A stretch of 64,000 nt of DNA from Eledone cirrhosa (taxonomy: Eukaryota): positions 332,630,001-332,694,000 of the forward strand of contig OZ024740.1 of assembly GCA_964016885.1 (NCBI GenBank), in the 5' to 3' direction. Numbering within the stretch: the stretch's first letter is position 1; the number at the start of each line of letters is the position of its first letter. The position numbers were made by a program, and so were the translations under genes. The notes below the pieces were generated by a model. The model did no database searches. It was not told where the DNA came from and worked only from the letters and a program-made list of their open reading frames with translations. Positions 27,757-41,738 of the stretch are shown here, piece by piece.

Positions 27757-27762
<6 letters not shown>
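27310..27762 (+). mobile_element. Short Penelope-like derivative in (TA)n with hammerhead-like motif
   Basis: Inverted tail at 27310-27367, hairpin CGACGGCT-GAGCTCA-AGCCGTCG (27408-27430), then a segment shared with 5035-5233. Confidence 0.6.
27588..27627 (+). ncRNA. Minimal hammerhead-ribozyme-like motif, U3-A8 core variant
   Basis: CTT-TTGAAAA-GCAG(AAGAA)CTGC-GAAA-CCGG-TA-AAG. Confidence 0.55.
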
Positions 27763-27826
<64 letters not shown>

Positions 27827-27869
27827 CAAACCATATGTATTCTATTATATATAGTTCAAGGGTACCAAA

Positions 27870-28108
27870 ACTTTAACGATTCACGTTTTTCTTGGATATC
27901 CAAGAAAAATTTTAACCGTTAAGGTATCTACAGGACTAGAACTGTTTTATTCGTGAGAAATCAGCAGGAAGCATCAGGAGCTTCCTGCTAATTTCTCACG
28001 AATGAAACAGTCCTGTAGAAGCTCTTCTATTTTAAAACTTTTATACTCTACAATGTATTGAGTACTTTACCTACTGTGGTTACCTCCGATTCAACCCGGA
28101 ATAACTTA
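27870..28108. repeat. Two adjacent palindromes plus tail next to (TA)n
   Basis: TTTTTCTTGGATATCCAAGAAAAA (about 27886-27909) and an imperfect palindrome at about 27927-28019. They are followed by GTATTGAGTACTTT..., the same start as the tail of the 27310 family. Confidence 0.6.
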
Positions 28109-29212
28109 TATATATATATATATATATGCACATACATATATATGTATATATGTATAGTTGAATGTACATTAACTCAAAACGTAAGCGACATCATCACAAT
28201 ACGGTGTGACTTTCCTAATTCTCCGACTTCACAAACATCTAATACTATTGCTACGTATAGCTGTATCTTTGGCACCATATTTGCTATTTCTTCACACATC
28301 AACCATTCACAGTTGAGTGAATAACTGATATATTTCAAATGATATCGATAATGATATATCTCACAATATTTTGCATATCTTCTCTGAATATACCGGCTAC
28401 TACATCTCCTACTCGTCCCCTCCTTGTCTGATTCTCTCGTTCCATCTCCTCCACTTCCTCATATTAATTCTACTACTACATTGATCGTACTTCAACAAAG
28501 TTACTAATTTTAAAGAATGCCACTATCGATTACATTTTCCTTAATACTTATTTTAGCATCTTCATAAGATTCGAAATTGCTATTTCTAAAATTCAATTTA
28601 AATCATAAATTTAAGTTGCTACATATTTCTAGGATTTTATCCAGTACTCTGCACTCTGTGAAATCAAACAGCATATGTGTTCGGTTCTTACATTTTAACG
28701 ATAATTTTAATTTCTCACGATAGGTCTTGTGTTTTAACCGACTCTAGGTAACACTGTCATTCCCGTTGGATATGATAGGCATCGCAATAAATCGTGAGCT
28801 CACCGAGAGAACTAATATTAGAAACATAGCAAATATTATATACTGAAGAAGTGGCTTCAATAGAGACAGAAAATACATCAGGGCTTCAACATCCACTGAT
28901 TTTCGAGGCAGCTCAATCAGAACTTTAAACGAGTGTTTGTTTCCATATCTCAGATGAATCTACTGTCATATATACAACTATCATAGATCCTATTTTCAAA
29001 AGCGTAAACCGATCAATTTGTAATGACTCACTCATCAGCGTAGTCAACAGTTCAGTGTAAAAAGGAGCTACCCCCAACTCTTATCATTTCAAATATTTCT
29101 AGGATTGAAAGAGCTCATTAGAACTAGTTTTACGCAGACACCCCAGTCAATCGAAATCGAAATAACAATTTTATATCCACTTCACTCTATATCACACTAA
29201 CTCCTTTTCCAG

Positions 29213-29352
29213 TAATTGCTTCGACTTTGGGCACAAGGCCAGCCATTTGAGCGGGAAGGGAAAGTAGATTAAATCGACCCCCAGTGCATTATTGGTGCTT
29301 TATTTCTCGACCCCGTAGGGATGAAAGGCAAAGCTAACCTCGGCGGGATTTG
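29213..29352 (-). mobile_element. SINE, 5'-truncated (long subtype)
   Basis: Reverse complement of the family central and 3' regions. Confidence 0.85.
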
Positions 29353-29363
29353 CCATTTTCCCA

Positions 29364-29456
29364 ATAATTGTTTCTACTTTGGGCACAAGAACAGCTATTA
29401 TCCCAGCGCATTACTGGTGCTTTATTCTATCGATTCTGTAAAGATGAAAGGCGGGA
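29364..29456 (-). mobile_element. SINE 3' fragment (short subtype)
   Basis: AATAATTGTTTCTACTTTGGGCACAAG...GATGAAAGGC. Confidence 0.8.
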
Positions 29457-29598
29457 TACGATCGGATCATTGTGAATATAACAGCGAAATTTATAACTAT
29501 ACATCAGCTTAAATAATCCTATAATCTAAATTCGGAAAGTTGGACAAAATGTTTTACTAATCTTTGAAAGCGTTTGAAACAAATAATGTTGATTGCGA

Positions 29599-29666
<68 letters not shown>

Positions 29667-30479
29667 TTACATATATATATCATATGATTGGGTTGGAACT
29701 ATAGAAGATCAGCATCAATTCCAGCACCAGGAAGTATCACATTATTTATGTGCTTGCTGACTGCTATTGCTTTAGTTACTCAACGTGATGTATATGTCCA
29801 ACTGATTCTTTTTTCTTTTAATGATTCATTATATTCTGTAAATTGATCCCTGCTCTTTTAAGAATTTATTGAACAAACGTTATTCAAATTAACTGGGAAG
29901 AAAATATACAGGTATAAATTAAAGTCCCGTAAGGTGTGAGGAACAACATATCTAGAAATGTAGAAGAATATGTCTCATTAAGAACAGATCATATATGCCT
30001 GAAAGAACAGTGTGTATCGCCCACGGGTATAATATACCTCTTATTTCGAATTATTTTCATTCACATTTTTATTATTTCATTTGTCTTGAAATCAACATTT
30101 TCTTTATATTGATTTCAACGTCATTATGCCTAACCTAACTGTGACCTGACAGTTGGATAATTCAAATCAGTTCTTTAGATTAGCGTGGTTGGGGTGCTAT
30201 AATCAATGTGTTGAGAATCAATTAAGCGATTTTTGAAACACCAATTTGAGCTACTCTGTTTGGTATCCTGGAGACAATAAATAAGGTTAAAGATCAAGCG
30301 AAATATTTTATTTCTTGACAAATGGGACTTCACCTATTTGAAAAGTAATTACACATTGGACCTTGATGGCTTATGGACTACTGGTTTCTGATTGGATGAA
30401 ATAACACAATTTACACAGGGAAACAAGAATGCAGTTTCGTTGCTATATACACATACACAAACAGACAGCCAGACACACT

Positions 30480-30600
<121 letters not shown>

Positions 30601-30659
30601 ATATATATGTATACGCACTTTCGCTATAACATACATTTGTGCTTATCATACTGTCTTCT

Positions 30660-31455
30660 GATAATATTTGCTTATAGTTGGTACTATTATGGACACCACG
30701 AGATCGAGGCTTGAGCTTGATCGTGCCGGTTTTCTTGGTGCATTTACAGTGTAAACATGGCCACGCCGCTGACAGGATATTTCCAATCCATCCACTGTCT
30801 TTTAGATTCTGGTTCATAGTGATGGACCCATGTTTCATCTCCTGTTCTGTTGTAGTGTCCAAGTAAACGTTCACAGATCATAACACGTTTGCGCTTGTGC
30901 TCAACAGGAAGTTATTTTCGTACCCATCCTGCACAAACGTTATTGAAGCCGAGCTCGGCGTTGATGATTTGATCGGCAGAACCATGACTAATCTGCAGAA
31001 AACAAGCGACTTCACAGATGATAAACCCCCGGTTCGCCATTACCACTGCTAGAGCTTGCTGAATCTCATCGTCAGCGGTGGAGGTTGACGGGCGTCCAGC
31101 TCCACTTTTGTGCGTCACACTAGTCCGGCCACATTTAAACATATTGATTGATTTATACACACTCCTACGCGGTAGGGCACCGTTGCCGTATTGTGTTACA
31201 AGCCGCCGTTGAATTTCAGCCTCTGACACTCCTTCCTACCGATAGAATTGGATCATTACTCTTTGTTCCTACTTGGTGCACACTGCCAGCGGAGTGGCCA
31301 TGTTTACATTGTAACAGCAACAAAATAAATGTTGTGATCAAGCTTAACCTTCGATCACGTGACGATAATTGTATCAAATATAAGCAGGCAAACTGTGTGA
31401 CAAAGCTAAAGATTTGTTTGAGCGAAATTATGGATAAATTTTGACATACTCTCGT
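30660..31455 (-). mobile_element. Internally deleted mariner (Tc1/mariner) derivative
   Basis: Transposase N-terminus on the minus strand and a TIR-like CACGAGAGTATGTCAAAA at the right end. Subterminal 31283-31385 is repeated in inverted orientation at 30665-30773. Confidence 0.8.
30775..31290 (-). pseudogene. Mariner transposase fragment (HTH domains to first catalytic D)
   Basis: EIQRRLVTQYG..ALPRRSVYK..FKCGRTSV...GRPSTS...ISHGSA.QII..ELGF..VCAGWV. After a frameshift, TGDETWVHHYEPESKRQ. Confidence 0.85.
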
Positions 31456-32099
31456 GTGTGAATATATATATATATATTCACACAAGCGTATAAATATATA
31501 AAAAAATTACTTTTTTTCGAAGAGACGTATAGTATCTATTTTCCAACAATTTAGTCGAATTCAATACCATATTATATAATTCTTTGGTTAAAGTACGCCA
31601 AGAGAAGGAGCTTAGGTCTGATTAAAATATTCATTTTAACATTTTTGGTGCATATGGACTAAATATTTTAACAATACAGCTGAAGAAATTTGTAATTATA
31701 GTGGTAGAGATATATTTAATCACATGAAATCAAATTATTGTTATAAAAAAATGTGCATGTTATTCGCTTTATTAACGAGATTAAATCTGAAAATATTCTG
31801 AGTGTGTGTGTTTTGAAGTTCTACATTTGGGTATATGAGCCGTGAGTTTCTGTAGATGCGAGGGCATATAATAGTTAATAGATATTTTAATGCTTATTTC
31901 CTTGTCAATATATTGCATACTGACCGTAACAGAAATTAAATACATATACTTAATGAAAACCGTGTTATGGTGAATTATTATTGTGGAATAAAATTTAGAC
32001 TGAGGAACCGAATTACACTGCAATATGCAATGGACCCATTGCATTGCAATATGCAATTTACATGGCAAAACTGGAACGATTATATAATAGGCCAACGCC

Positions 32100-33915
32100 A
32101 AATCACACCAGGAGCGCTAAAATGTCAGACGAGATACAATTGGGAGGTAAATGGCATGGTATGGAATGGTGACGTAATCCCTGACAGGATGAAAATAAAA
32201 AAAATATAATTGGAGTGATATCTGGAGTGTAGGAACAGAGCACATTAAATGTGTGAAGAGGCTGACTAACATAAACAAAATGACTTTGTGGATAATAAGC
32301 AGGGATAATTGGAGATAACTGCTGGTATGGTAACTGTCCAGTGTATAAAAATACCAGTTTAGAACGCCCCTCACAGTAGAGACGGTGTGCAAGGGCTCTG
32401 TTTAAAAAAAGGCGAGAGTCCTTCATGGGAGAATTGCTGAACAATTGAATGAGATATTGAATGGAGAACAGTGGTTGCCAGAATGGCTAACCTCCGGAAG
32501 AACGAACTTGTGTTTGAAGGACCCCAGCAACGAAAAGGCTGTTGACAACATTAGACCTATTTCTTATGAGGACACTTATGACAGGTACCACTCCTGAGGC
32601 ATTGGATGTATACCGGGAGAAGACACTACCTGTAGAGGAGAAGCAATTTAACGGAAGAAGGAAAGGTACCAAGGACCAATTTCTGATTGAGAAACCAATC
32701 CATAAAGATTGTAAAAAAGAAACATATATCTTGCCATGGCCTGGATTAATGACCGCAAGGCTTATGACATGGTGCCACATAGTTAGATAGTAGAATGTTT
32801 GAAAATGTTTGGTATTGAAGCTAACGTTAGACAGTTTCAGGTGAAAAAGTATGGATGTTTGGACGATTGAGCTGACATCGCCTTTCCTGTTTGTATTTTA
32901 TATTCTTCCATTTTCATTAGTGTGTAGAATGCCATAGTCTGATTATGTGTGGGGTGAATGCGTTTATGGAAGACACAAAACTTTATGGGGAAACCTATGA
33001 ACATATTGGGTCTCTTGTACAGGTATTTCATACATTCAGTACGGAAATGGAATTTGGCATAACAATGTGTGGTGTGCTACGACTGAAGAAAGTAAAATTG
33101 GTAAGGTAGAAATAAGTGTATTATAAGATGGATAGGTTAAGAAGGAAATTGACGACAACGGGTATAAGTACTTAGACATCCTGGAAACATACCAAATGAA
33201 AGGGAAGGAAATGAAATAACTATTATCAGAGGAATATAAAGACTGAAGTTAGTATTAAAGACGAGTTTAAGTGGTAGGAATAAGATACTGGCTATCAACA
33301 CATTGTTGCAGTTCTACGGTATAGCGCTGGTGTGATAGGGTGGAGATGTGATGAACTTAAGCAGCTTGATTGAAAATACAGGAACGTGATTACACTAGAA
33401 GGGGTACTACACCCCCAAAGGGACGTGAACACATTGTATGAATCACAACAGAGAGGAGGATGAGGTCTCATTAACTGTGAAATGTGTGTGAAGACGCAAG
33501 GAAATAATTGTTTATACTTTTGGCACAAGGCCAGCAATTACCCAGTGCATTGCTGGTGCTTTATGTTATCGACCCCGTAAGGATGAAAGGCATAGTTAAC
33601 CTCGGAGGGATTTGAACTCAGATCGTGAAGGGACGTAATTATGCAGGAAAGCATGTCCGACCCTCTGCCGATACTGCCAATTCACCGGCATTGTATGAAA
33701 AGGATTCAAAGGAGTTAATGTTGGGAGGAGTAAGAAAGATAAAGACCCTAAAGAGTGACATAGCAAGGGAAATTTGAGAATTTAAACAAGGTAGTCAGAA
33801 TGACGCATTAAATAGATGGAAGAAAAAAAATGTATGGTCAATTCTTACGTAAAATGCCTCAGGCAGTAGACAAATATAGGAACTAGAAATGGATTAGAAA
33901 ATGTGACTCAAATTT
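32100..33915 (+). mobile_element. Degenerate R4/Dong-like non-LTR retrotransposon (RT region)
   Basis: Broken translation includes WLTSGRT.L.LKDP, GTKDQFLI.K.I.KDCKK, AMAWI...KAYDMVPHS.IVECLKMFGI, YKYL.ILE, VLRYSAGVIGW, GVLHP..DV..LY..GG.GLI. Boundaries approximate. Confidence 0.75.
33503..33689 (-). mobile_element. SINE nested in the R4-like LINE
   Basis: Near full-length reverse-complement family copy. Confidence 0.9.
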
Positions 33916-34687
33916 CAAATTTCGTAAAAGTCAAACATTCTTTAAACTTCTAGTTATAGACTAACGATCACTACATATTCGGAATAAGTGACTAACAGCT
34001 CTATAATGTGGTAGTTAAAGCAGGTATCTGGCATCCAGGTGGTACAGTACCTCACAGGGAGCAATGTCGATAATTGTACCTCTCTAAGTATGCACTTTTA
34101 TTTATTATATTGCTCAACTATCATTATAATAGCAGATTCTACTGAAGCGCGCGCAGCTCCCACGAAATATACATCTTGTATAATATGATCTTAAGATTAG
34201 TGATATCCATGTTTCGTTGAGATCACAACACGTACATTGCAATTATACTGAGGATAATACAAAGGGTAATGAACAAGTGTTCGTTATGCGTATGCTATTA
34301 TTCCAGAGGAAAGCATTTAGATATGTACATGTTTCTTTCGAAGAAATGGACTATGTATAGTTACTTAATTCTTTTTTACGATATCCTATATTTATTTCTG
34401 CAGTAATCTCTTTACTTAAGAATCCGAAGAAGAAAAAAGTGTTATATCCATTGTGATTTAATTACTGTCTGCTTCAGAATGCCAACAATGCGTAATTACA
34501 CTTACATCAATTTACTTGTCCATACTTTCAAATTAACACATACAAATTCAGTACTATGCAGGAATTTTAAATTTAACTTCTTTATGACAAATGTATTACA
34601 CTCACTAGGCAAAAGCAACACAAGACAAACAAACAAATACATTTTATTACAGAAGATGAACATGTTTATCAGAGGGTCAAATCCCAT

Positions 34688-34738
<51 letters not shown>

Positions 34739-34889
34739 TAATAATAAATTTGAAGACTAAAATCCAAAGAGGGCTCGATAAGTATAAATATATATCGAAT
34801 ATATAAGAACCGTAGAGCAAATATTTATTAAAGATCCCGTTAAGGGTGAAAGCAGCGATTCTTTGCTTAAACTTTAATCTGTTATTCTA

Positions 34890-34956
<67 letters not shown>

Positions 34957-36506
34957 TATATATATATATATATGTGTTTGTGTGTGTGTGAGTGAGTGTG
35001 TGTATATGTGGGTGGGTGGTGTGTATGTCAGTGTGTGTGTCTATGTTTATGTGAATCGTTTTCCGCATGATGACCGGAGATAAACAACAGAAATGTGGGT
35101 ACTACCTGATGTATATTTAGGTAAGATGTTATATATCCGATAACTACCAATGTAAACCTCTCACCCCTTCTCTCCCTTTCTCGTTCGTTCTCTTTCTTTA
35201 TCCCCGCTTTCCCTCTCCCTCTGTATATATATATACAGAGAGAGAGAGAGAGAGAGAGAATATATATATTCATTTACATTTTGTTATTTGGGAGTCATAA
35301 AACTATCATTCTAGCACGAATGATACTGTATATTGATAAAGTAAAAGACAAGAACAACATATAATAGTCGTGTATGAAACCATTTCGTATCTCCTTTTGT
35401 TACAGCGTATTATTAAATATGGACTGATGACTAAATGTCTGTCGGACAATTTTACGCATTAATCTAAAACGTGTATGTACGTGCCGTTTTAGCTTCAAGA
35501 GATGGAAGCATATCTTATACATGAATGCTTTAAAAATAATTCATTGAACGCCGCTATGTTATAAATAGGCTTTTAGTATTGTAACTAATTTAATTAGCTT
35601 TACATTTCCTTTTTTTTTCACATTTCAAATTCCAAGGAATTTCGTGATTTTAATTCATTTTGTTGTTTACAGGATACGTCGCATTTTACAATATTTCTTT
35701 CATTGAGAATTCTGTTTTAACACAGCAATTTTATAACTAGTTTCGATTTTGACTTCTATATACCAGTTAGATTCCAATTCAAATGCATACATACTGAAGG
35801 AAAAACAAATCGCTGATATCTCGCCGAAACAATACCTTATTATATATATTCCACTGAATAAGATCGATTCGTTTCAATTCTTATAAAAAGAACACGAAAA
35901 CTAAAATAATATATCCTTCCTGGTATCACTCAATGATTAGCTTTCGGGTTGACAGACGATAGCATGCTGGTTGATTAAATATAATATTTCCACATTTCAT
36001 TAAGATTTCAGTAAGTGACTTATAAATTTCGGTAAACAAATGACAGGTATATTAATGTCTATACATATACGCAAAGTTATTGTGTTATTTTAGTTCAAAT
36101 TGTATATACCATGTTTTGAATGCGTTCAGTATTTTAGATAAAAATTACATGAGGTCTTTGTATGTCTTAATCTTTTCTCATAATCGTTTTATCTGTTGAA
36201 GTGATAGACATAAAACTCATTAAACTAATATGGAAAGCAAACTAAAACCATCTATTGGAGCGTTGTTGAGTTAGAAGGATAACTAATCAATTATCTCCAA
36301 AATATGTATGTCTATAATTAGCCCAAGTTATGCCTAGCCTGAGGAGACATCTGATTTATGACATCTAGGATCAAAGACATTTCCAGTCGTACTCCGTGTG
36401 CCATTTTAAAACATATTTTCTGTCACAATGAAGAGGTTTCGGGTGAGGGCATTTTTTTTTTTAGCTTAACAGACAGGATAAATAACTTATTATTAAGTGT
36501 TACATA

Positions 36507-36590
36507 GCATACCTCTGCACATAGTAAGAATAAACCTTATAATTCTCATAGCATACTTCTGCACATAGTAAGAATAAACCTTATAATTCT
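36507..36590. repeat. About 43-bp tandem duplication
   Basis: GCATAC.TCTGCACATAGTAAGAATAAACCTTATAATTCTC occurs twice. Confidence 0.85.
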
Positions 36591-36843
36591 CCCGGTGTCT
36601 GAAGATATAAACCTCGCCGAAACAATACCTTATTATATACTCCCCTAAACGAGCTTTATTCTTCTCATTAAGTAAAACATGAACACGACAATTAAGCAAT
36701 ATATATGCCCAAATTCGTCGACTTTCTTAATGTAAAAATCTGCTGTGAAGACTTACATTTGAAATGTATATATGCCAGGTTATGCTATTAAGTTAGACAT
36801 AGCCTGGGCCAATACTGGCAGAAAACTATCAAAGGTATCAAAG

Positions 36844-36902
<59 letters not shown>

Positions 36903-37179
36903 CATGGAGAGATAGGGAGTGATAGGGAGAGAAAAAAAGACGAAGACGAGGACGACGTTAGCAGATTAAATGTGTATGCATACATGGGTGATTTGACGTG
37001 CAACAGGTACACAGAATAAACGAGATTCCAGTGGCGACTGACTCGAATGTTATGCGGTTTAGATTTTTTCTGATCAATCTTATACTGAGCAGTCGTTCTC
37101 TACTACAGCGCAATGTCGATCTAGTCATATGGAAGGCAAACAATGAGAAGCAGAAAAGCATGATGTAAAGTTCTCACGA

Positions 37180-37287
37180 GTGTGTGTGTGTGCGTGCGCG
37201 CCGTGTGTGCGCGCGTGTGTGCGTGCGCGCGGTGTGTGTATGTGTGTGTGTGTGTGTGTGTGCGTGTGTGAGTGTGTGTGTGTGTGG

Positions 37288-37362
<75 letters not shown>
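37180..37362. repeat. (TG)n microsatellite, imperfect
   Basis: Direct observation. Confidence 0.95.
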
Positions 37363-39711
37363 AAACTGTTAATGACAATTTCGGTGAGGGAAATTTTATT
37401 CATATTAGAATGCAATTGGCTAGATTCCAACGATGTTGAAGAGCGTGGTTGTAAAATAAACTATAGTTTCATGCATTCACACGAACAACCATATGTATTC
37501 CGTTCGGTTTAAATAGACAAATACTCCTATTTAATAATAATTTTGAGATATTTTCAGAAGTGCTTTAATTAACACAACATATTTTGTGCGGTGTTTAAAC
37601 CATTTCTGTCAGGCCTTTACCTTCTTTTGTATACCGATCATACAATATTAATATGATTTTTTTTTCTTGAATATATCTAGACCATTGTGTTTTATAAAAG
37701 GAGGTATGGTGAACTATTATTAACATTATACAATTTTACTGATCTGGTACATATTTCTCTTTTATTATTATTCATTAGCCATATTCTTTAAAAGAGGAGA
37801 AATGTATATATACATATATATTCATATGCTTTCTCACACACACACCTATCCACACACACACATACACACACACACACATATATATACATATATGTATATA
37901 TATATATATGTATGTATATATGTGTATATATAAATATATATGTGTGTGTGTGTGCGTCTGTTTGTCTGTGTGTGTGTGTGTGAGTATGTGTTTACTTTGT
38001 TTTTTTAATCTTAAATCTGATTTGTCAATTCCTTTGGGAACTAAAAAGAAAACATGATTCTATATACATTTTCATTATTAAAATTGAACTTCTCATCAAT
38101 CAAAATAGAAACTTTCCTTAATTCCCCATACGACCCCACACATTTACTTCAGTCATATTAATCAACGAATACTCCAATATTTTGGTAATACGTATTTTTG
38201 TTGTTGTTTGTTCATCTAATCAAAAAGTTTGTCTTGAAGCGATTTCTCTTCTATATATAGAGAATTACTTCCATCGTATTTAAACACCCAAAGCGTTGAT
38301 TGCCATATAATACTATATGCATAAATAACGACTATTCTCAATATACATTTGCTAAATTTTCCACATCTCTAGGTATTTCGTAGTTTACTTTCTTTTTTCC
38401 CGGCTGTAGTAATGTCTTCCCACTGATAGCATTCACCCAAAACAAAATTAAAATAAGTGATGTGAAACATGTGATTTTGCTAAAAATTGTTTTGAAGATT
38501 TATATTTAATATACATTTAAGGAAAGCAAAATCTAAACTAAATACTTTGTGGTATGCTTTGAATATAATCATGGAATGGCATTAACATTTAAATGACTTT
38601 AGTGACTGGTGCATGAACATTAATAATATAGAAAGCACAAGCAAACATAAGGTAATAAGCTAAGAAAGTTTAATACGTATCACCCTCACACGTTCCCTTT
38701 TAGCACGCCAAAAAATATTATTATATTTAGTAGCATAGCTCCTTACAAGCCATTCAGCTGTTATAATTTCCAGATCACTTTCAGACAAATTATCCAAGTA
38801 AATATTATAGAGTATATCTTTTGTTTGTTTCACGATGGTAACATGTGCCATAGAGAAACTCTGGCTGCTATTTTATCTCACTCTGCAACAGGAGAATATG
38901 TCCTCCGTCGACACCTTTAGAACAGTAGATTATACAAATTATGAAGGTTCTCAAACAACTTCAGTCTTGTGGCGAATTCCTATTCAAGTAATTTCCTTTC
39001 CCCTTAAATATGAGTTCTTCAATACATAATCACTAATGAGATGTCATAATAAATAAATTGGAAATCAATACCAGGACAATATTATAAATAAATGCATTGG
39101 GAAATTGAAAGATCTAAGTGAAACATTAGCAAGGAAAGTCAGAGATTAATGTATTTATATTGAAATTCTGAAACCTACTATTTTATTAACTCATATTATA
39201 CGTAAGAATCAATGTTCGATTCGTATTATATATTTTTATGTGTGAAAAGGCGTTTTAAGAGACTAAATCACTACTTCTTACAATATAATTTTATTCATGA
39301 CCATTAAATCATGAATAAAGTTCACGTAAAAAATGTTCACTTTCTTCTACAATTCAGGTTTTTGGTCGTTCTTAGATCTATCTACGCACATACACACAAA
39401 CTTGCACGCCCATGAACATGCACAGACAAACTAAGACACACATACGTATGCATGTAGTTTCAGAATGCAATCATTTTTTATTAAGGTGTAATAAATTGCC
39501 GATTCTATCAGTCCTCTTCACGTTTTTAAAATTCTTTCAGAAGCATGGAACGTTGCTAGATATTCCAAGGCATGTAGGCTTTGCACCAATTCCCTCTCTC
39601 TGTCTCTATTTCTCACTCACACATATGCTCTCCTTTTCCTTGTTTATTTTTTCTTCCTCTATATCTCATACACTCACAAACACCCCTCACCAACACACAC
39701 ACACAAACAAA

Positions 39712-39809
<98 letters not shown>

Positions 39810-39993
39810 TGAAAGTAGGGTGTCTACCTCGAGTCTAACAGTTTCTAGAATTAACGAGTCAACCAGACGAAAGAACCGAACCCGCGGTCGATCATCTACT
39901 TTTACTAATAAACCCACGCTTCTTCATACCATGTATCGTGTACTTCTCTGTTTTATGGCCTAATTGGTCCCCGTACCTACCACAGACTATCTA

Positions 39994-40565
39994 TCTACCT
40001 GTCCCAGATGCGGGTGCGACGAGCAAACCGTTGCACACGCATTGGTACACTGCTCGGGCATTGCCGATCAGTGGGGTTATGTCGAACGACTGCTGTCACG
40101 GGCGGGACCGATCCGGTTGACCACCGAGTCTATTGTAACGATCAAGCCGCCTCCTCTCTTCAAAAACGAAGGAGAGTCGGTGTTTCTGTGCGTAATAGCC
40201 ATGGTGAAAGAGGTTGTATGGTGGACGCGTCTGAAAGGACTGAGGTCAGACACCTTTCTCTCTGGCCAACAACTGGTCCGTTTCTTCCGATATCATTTCG
40301 GAAGAAGGATCAGGATGGAGAGAGAGGTGCTCTCTCTGTGCTCCTGAGGAGAAGGGTTGCACACTTTCTCGGGGATGTGCGACCCCCAAGGAGCCTCCTC
40401 CCTATTGAGGATTTTGTTATTCAATTTATTTTTGTTATATTTTATTTTTTATATTTTTATATTTTGTTATTGCCTCCTCCTTATTGAGGACGCCTTTTTA
40501 TGTAAACTCCCCCATTGTACATGTCCCACTCTTTGACGCCCTGGTGGCAAATAAAAAGAAAGTTA
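39994..40565 (+). mobile_element. 3' fragment of a related Tx1/L1-clade LINE
   Basis: CPRCGCDEQTVAHALVHCSGIADQWGYVERLLSR...AMVKEVVWWTRLKGL is homologous to the ORF2 C-terminus of copies A and B. 3' UTR with CCTATTG.GGATTTT and AATAAA. Confidence 0.88.
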
Positions 40566-40584
40566 TCTATCTATATATATATAT

Positions 40585-40918
40585 CCAGGGAGTGTAACTT
40601 GGAGTTACTGTAGGTTCACCTGGGTGAGCACCAGATGTTTAGGTTCACTTCAGTGTCGAGGTGTAGAGCTAGACAGAGTGTATTATAGTGAAATAAAATA
40701 ACAAGAAAGATTGGTTACTCCTTCATTACGTTTATTATTTGGTGACGCCCGTTTCGTCACTGATCAGCTCAAAGATCGATCTGTATCGATCTGGCCTGAC
40801 TCTGTAATCCGCGGCTCAGATCGATACAGATCGAACCTTGAGCTGATCAGTGGCGAAACGCACGTCACCAACTAATAAACGCAATGAAGGAGTAACCAAT
40901 CGTCCTTGTTATATTATT

Positions 40919-40926
<8 letters not shown>
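40585..40926. mobile_element. Short fold-back element (tail + about 110-bp inverted arms) in (TA)n
   Basis: 40684-40793 is inverted at 40817-40926. The arms carry GCGAAACGCACGTC (3' half of a minimal hammerhead) and AATAAA. Unique tail at 40585-40683. Confidence 0.75.
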
Positions 40927-41012
<86 letters not shown>

Positions 41013-41015
<3 letters not shown>

Positions 41016-41425
41016 GAAAACAATGACTTCACATGTAGTTCATAACAATTTAATATAATTTTATAATATTATGATTTCACAATTTGGTTTTGTAGATCTA
41101 GTAATTTCTTTGTTAACTTCGGTGGTTCTTTTTTAATTTCGGTGATTACTGGTTAAATTTCCTGGAGAACTTTCTCGCATTCGTCAATCTCTGAGATCTG
41201 TTTGCCAATCGCCACCGATGTATGCGAGAAAGTTCTCCAGGAAAGTTAACCAGGAATCTTTAAAAATCTCCCCACCGAAGTTTAGAAAGAATTTACTAGA
41301 TCAATAAAACCAAAATGTAAAATTATAATATTATAAAATTGAATTAAATTGTTTAGATTTACAAGTGAAGTCATTCTTTTCCTCTTCTTAAATATACCTA
41401 ACTGTACCAAGGATATCACATATTT

Positions 41426-41430
<5 letters not shown>
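41013..41430. mobile_element. Short fold-back element (about 165-bp diverged inverted arms + tail) in (TA)n
   Basis: 41013-41180 is inverted at 41222-41383 (e.g. CCTGGAGAACTTTCTCGCAT / ATGCGAGAAAGTTCTCCAGG). Unique tail at 41384-41430. Confidence 0.75.
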
Positions 41431-41470
<40 letters not shown>

Positions 41471-41473
<3 letters not shown>

Positions 41474-41530
41474 GCGGTGCCCCAGCATGGCCTCAGCCGG
41501 ATGGCGGAAACAGGTAAAAGGGTAAAAGAG
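41471..41530 (+). mobile_element. 3' end of a second SINE/LINE family
   Basis: GGGCGGTGCCCAGCATGGCC.CAG...GAAACAGGTAAAAG resembles a retroposon tail I recall from octopus repeats (from memory, unverified). Confidence 0.45.
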
Positions 41531-41667
41531 TATATATATATGTAGGAGGTGAGTTTTATTGTAGTACAATAAAGCAATGCAGATATCGGATTAGAAACAC
41601 TCTACAGTTTGTAGGACTGGAGTATACATAATATATAAGATCAAAAGATGGTTAAAAGAGTTCCATG

Positions 41668-41738
41668 TATTTTATTATGCGCATTTCAAAAACAAATCTT
41701 ATTATGCAATAACATTTGTGTTTTCATCAGATAAAATA
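41668..41738 (-). ncRNA. Minimal type-I hammerhead ribozyme
   Basis: Minus strand: TATTTTAT-CTGATGA-AAACACAAATGTTATT(GC)ATAATAAGATTTGTTTTT-GAAA-T-GCGC-A-TA-ATAAAATA. Intact core, 8-bp stem I, long stem II, 1-bp stem III with palindromic loop. Confidence 0.8.

Noticed and set aside
34820-34862. TTAAAGATCCCGTTAAGGGTGAAAGC possible decayed hammerhead between TA tracts
   Set aside because: Core lacks CTGA and the cleavage triplet; too degenerate to call.
36595-36640. CTGAAGA...CGAAAC hammerhead-like spacing
   Set aside because: No stem II or stem I pairing. The CTCGCCGAAACAATACC part is a local duplicate of 35820-35847.
39520-39580. Acceptor-like TTCTTTCAG followed by short open frame KHGTLLDIPR
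   Set aside because: No convincing donor site; such acceptors are frequent in AT-rich DNA.
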